A stretch of DNA of 64,000 nt. Source: Trichosphaerium sp. ATCC 40318 (lineage: Eukaryota; Protista; Tubulinea). The DNA is taken from the NCBI GenBank assembly GCA_038496445.1, contig JALMLS010000289.1, forward strand, positions 1-64,000, in the 5' to 3' direction. Below the pieces are notes generated by a model, which was not told the origin of the DNA, searched no databases, and saw only the letters and a program-made list of their open reading frames with translations. Of this stretch, positions 1-11,200 are shown piece by piece. The position numbers were made by a program, and so were the translations under genes. Each line of letters begins with the position of its first letter. Position 1 is the stretch's first letter.

Positions 1-379
1 TTAACCAACTTACTATGGTTGTTGAGGTCATATGCTTTCAAAAAAAATATTTTATGTTTTCTCGTTATTAACTCTTACAGGCTTGCAGCGCTTTGCAAAT
101 GCGCTGGTATAATAACAGGTGGAGCACAGAGAGAAAAGTACGTTAATACAGTTATGTACTCATGAGTGTTTCTAATTCAAAATAGTTGTGCCGCTGCAAG
201 TAGTACTGGTCGCGAAAAGTTGATTTACTCTTCTTATTACATGAAGGTATATTTATTTTTATTCTTCTTTGATTCATTGCTTATGTTTTTTTTAGGAATA
301 TCATAGACCTACGCTTAGAGTAGCCACCAGATGTGAAAGCGATGAATGTGAATACCATAGATCCATATGGGATTGCTAA
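1..379 (+). CDS. 3' end of an unidentified spliced gene (partial, Cys-containing C-terminus)
   Basis: Short exons bounded by GT..AG read ...ACSALQMRWYNNRWSTERK / CAAASSTGREKLIYSSYYMK / EYHRPTLRVATRCESDECEYHRSIWDC* (TAA 377-379). Confidence 0.55.
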
Positions 380-1538
380 GGAATGAACTTTGAAGATAAA
401 AAAAAAACTGCTGTTATTTTGTTAGCAATGAAAATAACGTTCTATAAACACGTGTTAGTAAATTAAAATCTCATCATTTTACAATTTTCCCTTGCAACCA
501 TAAAATAGTGCTTAAAAGATGAGACACAAGTAGTAATTCAAATCAAGAACAACATTCTGAAACCGAAATTTCTACAGAAGATTTCCAAAAACTCATTAAA
601 CCGAAAAAAAACATTTTGTTTGGAAAAAAGTTGACAAGTCGAAACCGTTTTTGTGACATCTACTCAGGTTTGTGAGCATGTGGAGCACAAGTTAAACTTT
701 GTTTTGGGATACGCCTATGTCTCATTGTTTGGGCACTAAGTAATCCATTCTCATGCAAGTAGGTGTATTTGTTTACCAAACAATCGATGTTTTCATGCTA
801 CATCGATATTTATTGGGTGTACTATCTTCTTATTATTTTACGATCTTTGATGTGCCGCTTTTATACCACTTATTCACCTTCTTGCCACACTTTAACTATT
901 TCTGTGCCTCTCTTGTACGCTCCAGTCGGTTTGCCATGTATACATCCACTTAAAAGTTTCCGCTTTTCGGCTATGAAGCCTAAAATTGTGCGACTTTCCT
1001 GTCATTGGGAGCATTTTGTTTACTACTTTAATACTGATTACCATCGAACTCTTGTAGTACTCCACCTTTACTATTGTTAATCCTTATTTGATTCAATAGA
1101 TTACAAGGATAGAAGTCGGATAACCAAATTTGACAAGCTTGTTGCAATGCAAATGAAAGACAATCCAAAAAATGAGTACTATCAATTGTATTCACAATGT
1201 AATAACTCACAAACGCTAGCTCTGCGCTAGACTGTCTTACAATAACTTATAATTCTTCTCCTAGCGTAGTTCCTTTGGCTGGACACTAGAAGCCTTATAC
1301 TCAAATAAGGCAATCTTACTTTCAAATTGGGAAACTTACTAATTTCGAACTCACAACACAAAACCGCTACTCCTTCGATTTCGTAGGTTTTTTTCGAACA
1401 AATATTGTACGTACACGCGTATCTTTCTATCAAAACTGTATGCAGTTCTACAGTCAAACTCGCTGTATACGCTTTCGTATAAGAAAAAACAAACACTACT
1501 GTCGTTTAACACATCTAAGTACTACTTTCAGGCTCAAA

Positions 1539-4500
1539 ATGAACTCTGCAGTTTGTGGTCTCGCATTCTTCCTTATCGTTCTCGTAACTCGCTCGAACTG
1601 CGCTTCAAACGCTAGTCCAAGTACTGTTTTCTTATGTAACGCGACCTCAACAAAATGGGGATGTGCACTGGAAGACTGGACTCTAAAACGACAAAAATTA
1701 GATGACGACACATTCATTATGGTTCCAAACCGATTGAAATGTACAACAGTACCAGAACAATATATGAGTTGGGCGACAAAAACTGTTCGTACTGACAGAT
1801 ACCTTCTCTTTGCTGGCGAAGAATCATCCCCACAACAAGAGTATATACCTGGGAGTATTGTACAAGTATCATTAATCGCGACAAAGTACTCGGCAAAGTA
1901 CAGAGGTCTACTGTTGTGCGTACATTGACAACTTTAGTCCGGAGATCATTGTTTTTTTTTTTGATTGTTACAGAAAAAATCACTTTCTTGATGTGTCTTC
2001 GTATTAACTTACTAACAATATTCGTTTTAGATACGCAGAAGATGATAATAATAACCATGTCGGAGAGTGGAAGCTATCTACAACTGAATCTCCTCGTAAG
2101 AACACCTTTTTTGGAAAACGCTTTTGCGTTTTGCCGGTTTTCTTGGATATTTTCCGTCAATGTCATCCTTTTAACATGTTTCTTGTAGCATTGTTCCAAT
2201 TACCTTGGGGAAATGGATCGTTTTGCAGACAATCTGTAATGCACTCAACAGCAGAATTGAAGCCTTTAAAATATACCTTTACTTTTATCGCTCCTCCAAT
2301 GGGTACTGGAAAGATCACTTTCAGAGCTCTTGTAAAGAGCGGTGATGCAAATACTGGCGACTTTTGGTGGCCTAACTTGGAAGGAGATGTCACCTTGACA
2401 GAATCGTCGGAATCCCTTCCAAACACAGGATGGTTCCAAACTCAAGTACGCTTTTTTCCTCTCATGTTGTTTTCGTAAGTTGTCACATACTTATTCTCTA
2501 CCAAGCTTGGACAATCATGCGCTGATAGATGTGAGGCTGAGAGCCTCAAATGTGATACTGTTTCAATGGAAGTATCAACAGCATCAGTAAAGTTGAATCT
2601 GAATTATCGCCAGCAGGCTTTATTTGCGAAAAACCAATCTTGAGCGGTTGTAGCTCTATTGGTGCTTCTCAAAGTGCTGATGGATTTTGCTACTTTGACG
2701 ACACAAAATGCGAATCTCAAGGTCGTACAGATGAAGCTGTTTCATGTGAGGCTAAAACCACAGATGAAGAAGACGGGTATGCTCCTTTTTTTCAGGAAAC
2801 TGTTTTTCTCAAACTAACTCTTTCACTGTAGTCTTCGCTTCTGTAAATGTATTGAAGTCACTCAAGCACCTGTAGAGCCAGAAAACACCACAGTTCCAAC
2901 AAATGCTCCTCCAACAACTGATGCGCCTACTGTTGCTCCTACTGTTACTGCTATTGAAGTACTTGCTCCTTCAAACGAAACCTCCTTTTTGTCACCATCA
3001 TCGCGACCAACGGTTTCAGTATTGTTCCTCTGTTTGTGCACACTTGGCTTGGCTTTCTTCAAAGGAGGTCGTTCATCAACACCCATGCTACTTGTAGTTG
3101 TACTAGTTGCTCTTATTGCTATGCCATCCGTACAAGGACATAACTGGATGTTCAGTCTTAGTAGACGTCCATACGCAAGTACAGAAACACCTTGTCCTCC
3201 GGTAAATCAAGAATATCCTCATGTTCAAGTTGGACCGAATCAAGAGTTCGAGATGGAGTGGGCTCAAGGCCACAGCAGTACATCTTACTTTATTATCATG
3301 CACCAGAAGTACGAGGACAAGTTGAAGCTAAACAACCAAGCTCTATTTGCAAAGTACTTTAATGACGCACCTGCCGGAGCTGTAAAGACACTTGAAGTCC
3401 TTCACAGACGTTTCGCTTATCGTGAACCTAATGCAGTAAAAGACGCTCCACTTGGTGACGAGATCTTAAGCACAGATGGAGACTTTATTCCTAGACCAGA
3501 AGCTTTTGGTGGTTGGGGTGTTAACGCAACGTTATTCAAATACAAGGAAAACCTTCACGAGAATAACTACGCTGAATATGAACATCCAGATATGCCTTGG
3601 GTTGAAGCCATCTTTAAAGCAGAACATCTCACAGGACAACCTAGAGATGCTGATATGGCTAAATTTACTATACCTGGCCGAGCTGGTACAGGTAGATACA
3701 TCGTTCATTGGCTATGGAGAGGTTACAGGGATTGTATTGATGTTGATTACGTTGAAGAAAATGTTGAAGAGATCTATGGTGTTGCAGACGAATCAGAATC
3801 TTACGCGTACGATAGCATACGTTTTAGTGCCTTTTTTTTTTGACTAGTTTTGGTCGTTTTCGTGACCTCATTTTATGTAAATCTACTGGTTTAGACTTGA
3901 ATCACGTGATCGTAGTGTTCGAAAACTTATTTTATTTTAGACGCGTAGATCATTGTTATTTCCCAGAATACCGTTCGGCAGGAGGTAAGCGTATATGATT
4001 AATACAAACGAATCTTTGTTGACACCTTTTTGTAGATTGCAGTCGCTTAGTCTCTAACGATTTGGCCTACTGCCAAAGAAGGTGTACAACCAACTGTGCT
4101 GGTGTGGCTGTTATGCCTTTATCAGTAGCAAATTTCTACAGCGAAGAAGCTGGTCTTGTTGACCCTTCGTGCATGAACCTATTCAATATGACAATAGAAA
4201 CTGAAGCACCAGAGGATATTAATGTTTGCTTTTATGTTAGAGCTAGACTGCCTTCTGATACTTTTGGTGTCAACGAAATTGTATATCCAGATGACCCAGC
4301 ATATCAAGCAACTTGCTTCATGAAAACCCCAGGGCGTATATTCCCTGGGTACGTACCACCAACGACAAAACACATTCCATGGAAACACGGAGACAAATGC
4401 ATTGATTGTGACACTGTTAAATTGAATAGTGTTTTATCAGTAATCCCAAAATGGCCTCTTTCTGACGATTGTGTTAATTGTGACCGCGAGCCGAGCACAA

Positions 4501-4883
4501 TTGAACTACCCAAGGTACCTACACTTACAAATGAAAGGGTAAACTCTACCTGTAATGGAGCAAACGGCCTCTGGAGAAATGTCAATGGATCAAAATATCA
4601 TACTTGTAATGGTACAAACGCAGAAGTTGGTGAACTATGTCACAAGCAACTTTCTATCAACGGACGTTCGCTAAATGTCCAATTCTTCCCTTCAGAGTGC
4701 GCAGCAGCTGCAGCTAGGGATCCTGAATGTGCAGGCCATGTATCAATATACGGAGGTAGTCTATATGTTGGCTCTAAACGAAGTGGAAAATGCTACTGCC
4801 AAACAAAGGTAGAGTGTTGTAATGGGTGTCATCGCATATCTAGAAATGAACGTTGGACATTATTCGATGTTGAATACTTGTAA
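1539..4883 (+). CDS. Secreted/membrane multidomain protein: signal peptide, Reeler domain, Cys-rich region, Pro/Thr stalk, TM segment, internal signal peptide, LPMO-like His-brace domain, Cys-rich C-terminus
   Basis: ATG 1539 with signal peptide. Reeler motifs YIPGSIVQVSL..KYRGLLLYAED...VGEW and HSTAELK..YTFTFIAPPMGTGKITFRALVK across GT-AG introns. Exon 2832-3806 is open from the stalk through VQG|HNW to GRYIVHWLWRGYRDCIDV. Last exon ends TAA 4883. An apparent 1-nt frameshift lies near 2587-2592. Confidence 0.75.
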
Positions 4884-5343
4884 ACCTATAACAATAAAAC
4901 CATCCTTGTGATTTAAGAGTACACTAAATCGTTGAGTCTTGTGATCTGCGACAAACATTACTTTTATTGGAAAAAACCAAGAATCAAACAATGACACTGA
5001 TTCAATTTTTCCTACGCCTAGGACGCGTTTGGAGAACTCTCAAGTATTTGTGTATAATTAATTGTTTAGTTTGTCATATATGAAGACGTATGCTTCTTAA
5101 AATAGTGAGGAACTATGTGTTTGAACACAACAACTAGTTGTTTATTACAAATCAGAACTAGTTCTTAAACGCTTGCTAGTATAGATCAACCAATACACTA
5201 ATCAAAGATGCTGTCATTAACGTATTACAGCGGGGCGAAAACTCCTAACGTTCTCCCCATACAGCCTCGAAATTTCTATTAATAAGCTACAAAAGACATA
5301 TGAGTTTGTTTTTGTGAAATGGTCGAGCACTTTATTTGATGTT

Positions 5344-6901
5344 TTACAAAATAGTTACAATGTTAGTAAATGTTTGTTCTTGTGTTGCATCATTATCGAA
5401 TATATTATCATCATAAAGAACTGCTTGCTGGTCAATAACAGTATTAATATGAGGAGTGAAAGTATCACCAAAATCAAGACCAACAAGAACACCATAACGA
5501 CTAACAAGAAGGTTTGTTAAAACAGTTTCCAATGTAAGTTCATCAACAATAACACCTTGAGCATGTACAGAAAGTCTTTGTAACCTTGGTACCATACTAC
5601 TATTAGCTAGAGACTCAAAGAAGTTTACTTTATCAGATATTGATGCATCAGCATAACCAAGAGTAGTAATAGAAGAATTAGGGTTGTTAAGAGCATCTAA
5701 GAAAAGCTTGTTGTAACTTTCTTCGAATCCAGGAATTTCATGGCTAAATCACGTGTAAGTGTCAAATGTCAAACCAAAAAAAATCAAAAATTCGAGAAAA
5801 CTACGATCACATTTATCACGTGTGTTTTGTGAAACGTCGGGTTTTAATCCTCAAGGCATGTAAAACTAATTTACATCATAATATAACGTAAATGATGTTG
5901 TAACGAAGCTGTAGCATTAGCAGAATAAAATTTCTTTTTAAAAAAAAAAAAAAGAATTTCACGACAGGTTTGGAAGCGCTTGACAACAAACATATCCAAA
6001 TATCTAAACGACTGTGTTACGTACTTATTACAGAACCTTATGAGAAGAGTCTTCAATGATGAATTATACTTTATAGACTTCATCAATACATAGAAAGTCT
6101 CCTTTCTGAAAACAACACCATCCAAACATAAATACGTTAAAACATTTCTTTCAAGCCTATAAGTCATAGCTTTTGTTATAGCCATATCGATAACATATCC
6201 ATTATTACTCAACCTTGTAGCTTTTGTAATATTCCTACAAAGTATTTTCTTTATAAGGTCAAAAGAGAGGAACTGAAAGAGACCATCTTGCTTGTATTTC
6301 GAGATAAGGATCAATCTAACTTCTGACCATGTGAAATCACTTGATACCTTATTTATAGTAGATACACGCCAACCAGATGCTTGTTCCGAGTTTACGAAAA
6401 CGTTTATAGCGTTTATAGTAATATTGCCGTTATACCTTTTAATAAATACGTTAATTAATGCGCTACACGATAAACAGCGAAAATGGCGTCGTTGTGGTGT
6501 ATTTGCTAAAAACCGACAACTTTTTATTAAAATCATAATTTGAAGCCTTTTTCTAGTCTGTGATGGTGTATAGTATAAAATAGCGAATGTTTGACGCCGA
6601 CGTACAAATCTGGATGATAATCAACTTGATACGGCGTTAAACGCCCTAAACGCTTTGTGAACTCTGCAACCACCTCTTTTAACTTGTGTACACGCGTCTT
6701 CGGTATTAGATAATTTAGAACATTCTTGCGATCCCATACTGACATACAAAAGCACTCTGGTTTGGATCCAGAGTCACGAAATATGAATGTTTTGCCTTTT
6801 GCTTTTTTACCATGTACAAGAAGGCTTTGCGCATCTTCTTCCCTTAGTATTGGAAGGTAGAAACCCATAATGCCACCCCAGAGTTGTTTACGCAACCGCA
6901 A
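5344..6901 (-). CDS. SH2-domain protein with RNI/LRR-like C-terminal region (at least 3 exons; start unresolved)
   Basis: SH2 signature REEDAQSLL...GKTFIFRDSGSKPECFCMSV...VLNYLI (FLVRES-like Arg kept). A GTACGT..TAG intron joins it in frame to LKRLQIMILIKS. A second GTACGT intron joins to HEIPGFEESYNKLFLDALNNPNSSITTL. The NSSLKTL/NSSITTL repeats look RNI-like. Confidence 0.7.
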
Positions 6902-7166
6902 CTGTAGGCTGAAGAAAATACAAGACTTCCATTGTGACTTTTCAAAGTTATTATTTTTTTTTATTGAGATGACTTTTTAACCTTCGAAGACCTCTTCAAC
7001 AGAATAACAAAATGAGTCAGCTCAGTTACTACGGACTTGAGTCAAACTACAAGGACTAAGACAGCCATAACACGTGCTATGTTTGCATCAAGTAGAAATA
7101 CTGCTGTGATTTGAACTATTCATTTAACTACAATTTGCCATTCATGTTTCTCAACTAATGAGTTGT

Positions 7167-7982
7167 TTATTTGACTGAAAAAGTCCACTGTGTACTTCCT
7201 ATGGTTTCAGGCATATTACCAGTATGCTTTAGTGATGAATCATTAAAAACAACAGAGTACATTCCGGCAAGAATATTATCAGAAACCCACACAATCGTTG
7301 GGCGTTTTTGTTTAGTCCACTTTCCTTTACGACTCTCAATACATCCTGGAACGATTTCTCCATGTTCATTCTTTACTATAAAGTCAGTACCAGATACTAT
7401 CTTGTCCAACAAGATCGTAAAAAAGTCATCTCCACCAGGGTACGAGAAACGTTTGAATTGCAAAGATATCTCCACTTGTGACTCATAAGGACAATCAGGT
7501 ATCTCGTGATGCTGTAGTACAGCCTTGCAGTATGGTAGCCTACCGCAGTGCTTACAAACATCCTCAGATCTCTTGTCGTGTCTTGTTGTAGGGCACTTTT
7601 GTTCAAACGTGAAACGTTCGCTGTGAGTATGAATCTTATCCCCAGATGCTCTTGTTTCGTATTTCACTCGTGTGAGGAGTGTTGTAGGAGGTGCTAGGCC
7701 TGCTCCAAGAGCGAAGACGATGAAAACCTCATTCTTCTCACCTGGAACGAAACCAAGCTCTGATACTCTTGCGAGAGGACAAAGCAGTTGTCTTTTGAAT
7801 ACACAACGGTCCAATGAGGAAACGTTAACAGTTTCTATTGTATTGCCGCTGTAAGAAGGGTTTTTAACCAAAATAAGGCGTTTTGCGTATTCCCAGAGCA
7901 TTTCAGGTTGTTTGCTCAACTCCAGGGTTACTTTGTAGCTAGAACCGCTTAAAGCCTTTATAGTGATTGTAATATCAGTCAT
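7167..7982 (-). CDS. Intronless protein with N-terminal ubiquitin-like domain
   Basis: 271-aa ORF. MTDITITIKALSGSSYKVTLE...AKRLI...VFIVFALGAG follows the ubiquitin-fold pattern, ending LGAG where ubiquitin has LRGG. A CxxC (CKHC) follows. Confidence 0.6.
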   Translation of the reverse strand: MTDITITIKALSGSSYKVTLELSKQPEMLWEYAKRLILVKNPSYSGNTIETVNVSSLDRCVFKRQLLCPLARVSELGFVPGEKNEVFIVFALGAGLAPPTTLLTRVKYETRASGDKIHTHSERFTFEQKCPTTRHDKRSEDVCKHCGRLPYCKAVLQHHEIPDCPYESQVEISLQFKRFSYPGGDDFFTILLDKIVSGTDFIVKNEHGEIVPGCIESRKGKWTKQKRPTIVWVSDNILAGMYSVVFNDSSLKHTGNMPETIGSTQWTFSVK

Positions 7983-8226
7983 TGCTTGTGTTGTATTGCT
8001 TTATTAGTTTGTTTCGAAGGTTAAAAGGAAATCATGAGAACTTTTCGTAGTATTCAATGAAAAAACAACTTTCTAGAAATGACGGTTGGTTTTCGTACAT
8101 TAGAAGTATGTGAGCGAAGATACCCATGTATTCTAAGTAGGCGTTGATAACAAAGTTCAAGAACACATGAAACATTTTCAAATAAACCCGTATGTGTATT
8201 GTATATTCACGTGAAGTTGCATTCTC

Positions 8227-11200
8227 TTAAATCTTCAAAACATCCTGAGCTTTGTTTGTGATAAAAACCTTCTTGTATTTTTTTTTCAAGTAAGCTACCT
8301 TTGCTGTATCTCCTACCAAAGGTTATTTATAAAACCCAAAACAACATGATCAAGTAATTATAAACCACGTACTGCAATAAACAAGAATAGGTGTTTTAGC
8401 ACATGTTTTAATCTTTCTTATACTTTTCACTAACTTTTCTGCTGCAAGCTCATCTCCATCACCCTTACGATAACTGTTTGTGATAATACGTAACCTGTTG
8501 TTACAAAACCCTTTAAACTTTTGAATCCATGCCAAAATCTCAGATGATGACTTCATGCTCAATACCTTTTTTTTGAAGTGTTTTTGTTAAACAGAGCCAC
8601 ATGTCTCAGTTATTTTGTTGAAGTACCTCTGTTTTCTTCTGTCGTTTTCTTAATAGCTCCACTAGCTTCATATTTTCATTTGATAGATTGTTGTCAACCC
8701 ATAATACAAGGCACTTTGCATCTCTGTACTTGAGCTTATATGCCTTCATATTAGCACTGTCTATTGCTTTATAATACACAAGATATCGTGGAAGAATCTA
8801 CTGCCAGTAAACAAGTACTCAAAGAGTGTCGATTTGCAGGTACTTGGTTTTTTGAAAAGACAACAATCTCATTTTGGTCTATTTTGTCATCATAACCGCA
8901 TGGGAATCCATTTGATTTAGTGATAACATAGTGAGAATCGTATCCTTTCTAGAAAATGCTCAGTAGTGAACCATCAATCTACAAGCTGAAGTCTACCAGC
9001 AGTGCTTCTATAGTACCTTGCATTTCTTTCCTAAAAGGCTTTTGGGATCATTCACTACAGGTTTCTCTGTTGCAGGGTATGGGTTTCCCATCATTACCCA
9101 TGATATTAACATGCACGGGTTCGTACTTTGACCCCATTCAGCATATTTCCTCCCTATACCAGTTGTTACACATTTATCAAACAAATTCCTATGTACCACA
9201 ATCAGGGTATTGAGTAAAGTAAATGCCATCACCTATGTCATTATTAGCTAATGTATTTTCATTCAACATCCTGTCCTTACCATAATACCCTGGATCTTTC
9301 TTGTTTGAGTTTTCATGTGGTTCTCTAAAGTTACTACATGCAATCTTATAGCTAGTTTCCTACTCAAGCATAAGTTAGTACAACGCTACTTCCGGATTGA
9401 TTTATTGCATGCCTCTGATGTGCCATGTAATCCAGGTATAAGGTTGATTTGCTCATTTCCAGAAACGTGCATCACATAATTCTTCAAATGATTAAGAGTT
9501 CTTTCTTGTGATTTACTTATACTATCCACTGTGACACTGTCCTTTGAACCTAAAGCAATTAAACAACAAATCCAAATAACAAATGAACATATTGTTTATC
9601 TGGCTCACTTGATTGATCTGATTGAAGTACTTTTTTCACAAAAACTTGGTACTGTTTTTTAAAGTTGGCTTCAAGTTTCGGATTGTCCAAGAATGCAATC
9701 TTTTCTAATTTATAGAAAGATTCGCTTTCTGTTCCCATAAACTTATAAAAAATATTACAAGCCCTCAGGTATTCATCATAACGTTCCTTTTGTCAATATT
9801 TTCAGTGAGAAAGCAAAGATATATATAGGGGTTATACCTTGTTCTTTTCAGTTTTTGTAAGAAAGGTAATCCGTAACCCAGGACAATTCTTAGGTGTACT
9901 CCAGTCGCCTGCTTTTAAGAAATCTTCACCATGCAAGCTACTCCAGAGGTGATGCCTCCCATCTTTCAGCATGGGATAACCTTGTTTCAAATGAGATGTA
10001 GTGATAATATGTTCTATACACGTCAGGTTATATGTGTTGTGTTTTACTATGGTGACACTTACTTGTTTTCTTGCACTGATATGGGCATTTCATAACCTTC
10101 AAAAACTGTCCACTTTGTATTCTAACCGGACATAGTTGAGATGGTACTATATTTAATGGGTTTAAGTAAGGGTCAAGACATTCCTAACAAATAAGCTGTT
10201 AATAAATGTTCTTTCTTTTTCTATTGTTGTACCGTCCATAACCACGGTGCTATGCCTCTAATAACAACTTTGATTGTATTATCAATATAGTACAATACAA
10301 TGAGATTGCCATAAAAATCAGACAGTATGATCAAGTTTGAAAATAAGTGGAACTCTTTGTTTTGGAACTCTATTAATTTTAAGTGTTAGTTTTTGGTGGT
10401 ACAGTTGATGACGTACTTCGCAATCTTCTTTGCAAATCATTAAAGACATCTACTGATAGATCTTGTGATTTGAATTCGAACGCCAAGAACTTTGAATTGT
10501 GTGGCACATGCTCATAGTTAGTAGGAAGCGCCTTAGGATTCATTAATGCTTGTCTTAATAATCGACATACTATTTGTTTATGCTTCTTGTTTATGGCGAC
10601 TGTCTTGATCACCTTTTGTATGACTTTGCTGCCTGTTGTAGGTACATATGATAATAACTTCCACTCTTTTGGTGACTTGGACAAACAAAATACTTGAGGC
10701 GACACAGATGGTTTTTTGTTCTCTTTAGTCTGAACTAACATGATTTTTTGCTCCTTGTTGGTCAATGGAGGCAAGTAAAGCATATCCACTTTAGGCAATA
10801 ATGAGATTATGATGTATCCACCGGTACCGTAAATTGCCTATATGTTGTTATGCTGGCCACAAAAAACAGTTACCTTCTCTTCTTTTGTCAAGCAAACACA
10901 AAACAACATCTGCACTAAGAAGTTCATCACTTGTTTTACTTGACGTGAAGTGCAGTTTGGATACAGCTTAGAGATTCGGGATTTAACCTCTGAATTGGTG
11001 AATACAGCACAATGACTATGACTGTTGCTTTCCATTAATCTATTCAAATGTTCTCTCGGTGCTAAAAAAGCGCTCATGATGCTAGATAGAATAGGAGGAT
11101 GTAAACACACCATATAAGATGACTAAAGAAAGAAATTACTTTGATGTTTGTGAGAAGAAATGTACCTCATCAAACATGATACTACCAATAGAATGAAGGT

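Noticed and set aside
510-1210. Short ORFs with hydrophobic stretches (753-1080)
   Set aside because: Frames are broken by stops and I could not build a consistent spliced model or recognise a family; possibly a pseudogene.
6533-6536. ATGA stop/start overlap suggesting prokaryote-like translational coupling
   Set aside because: A GTACGT..TAG intron joins the two ORFs in frame as one gene.
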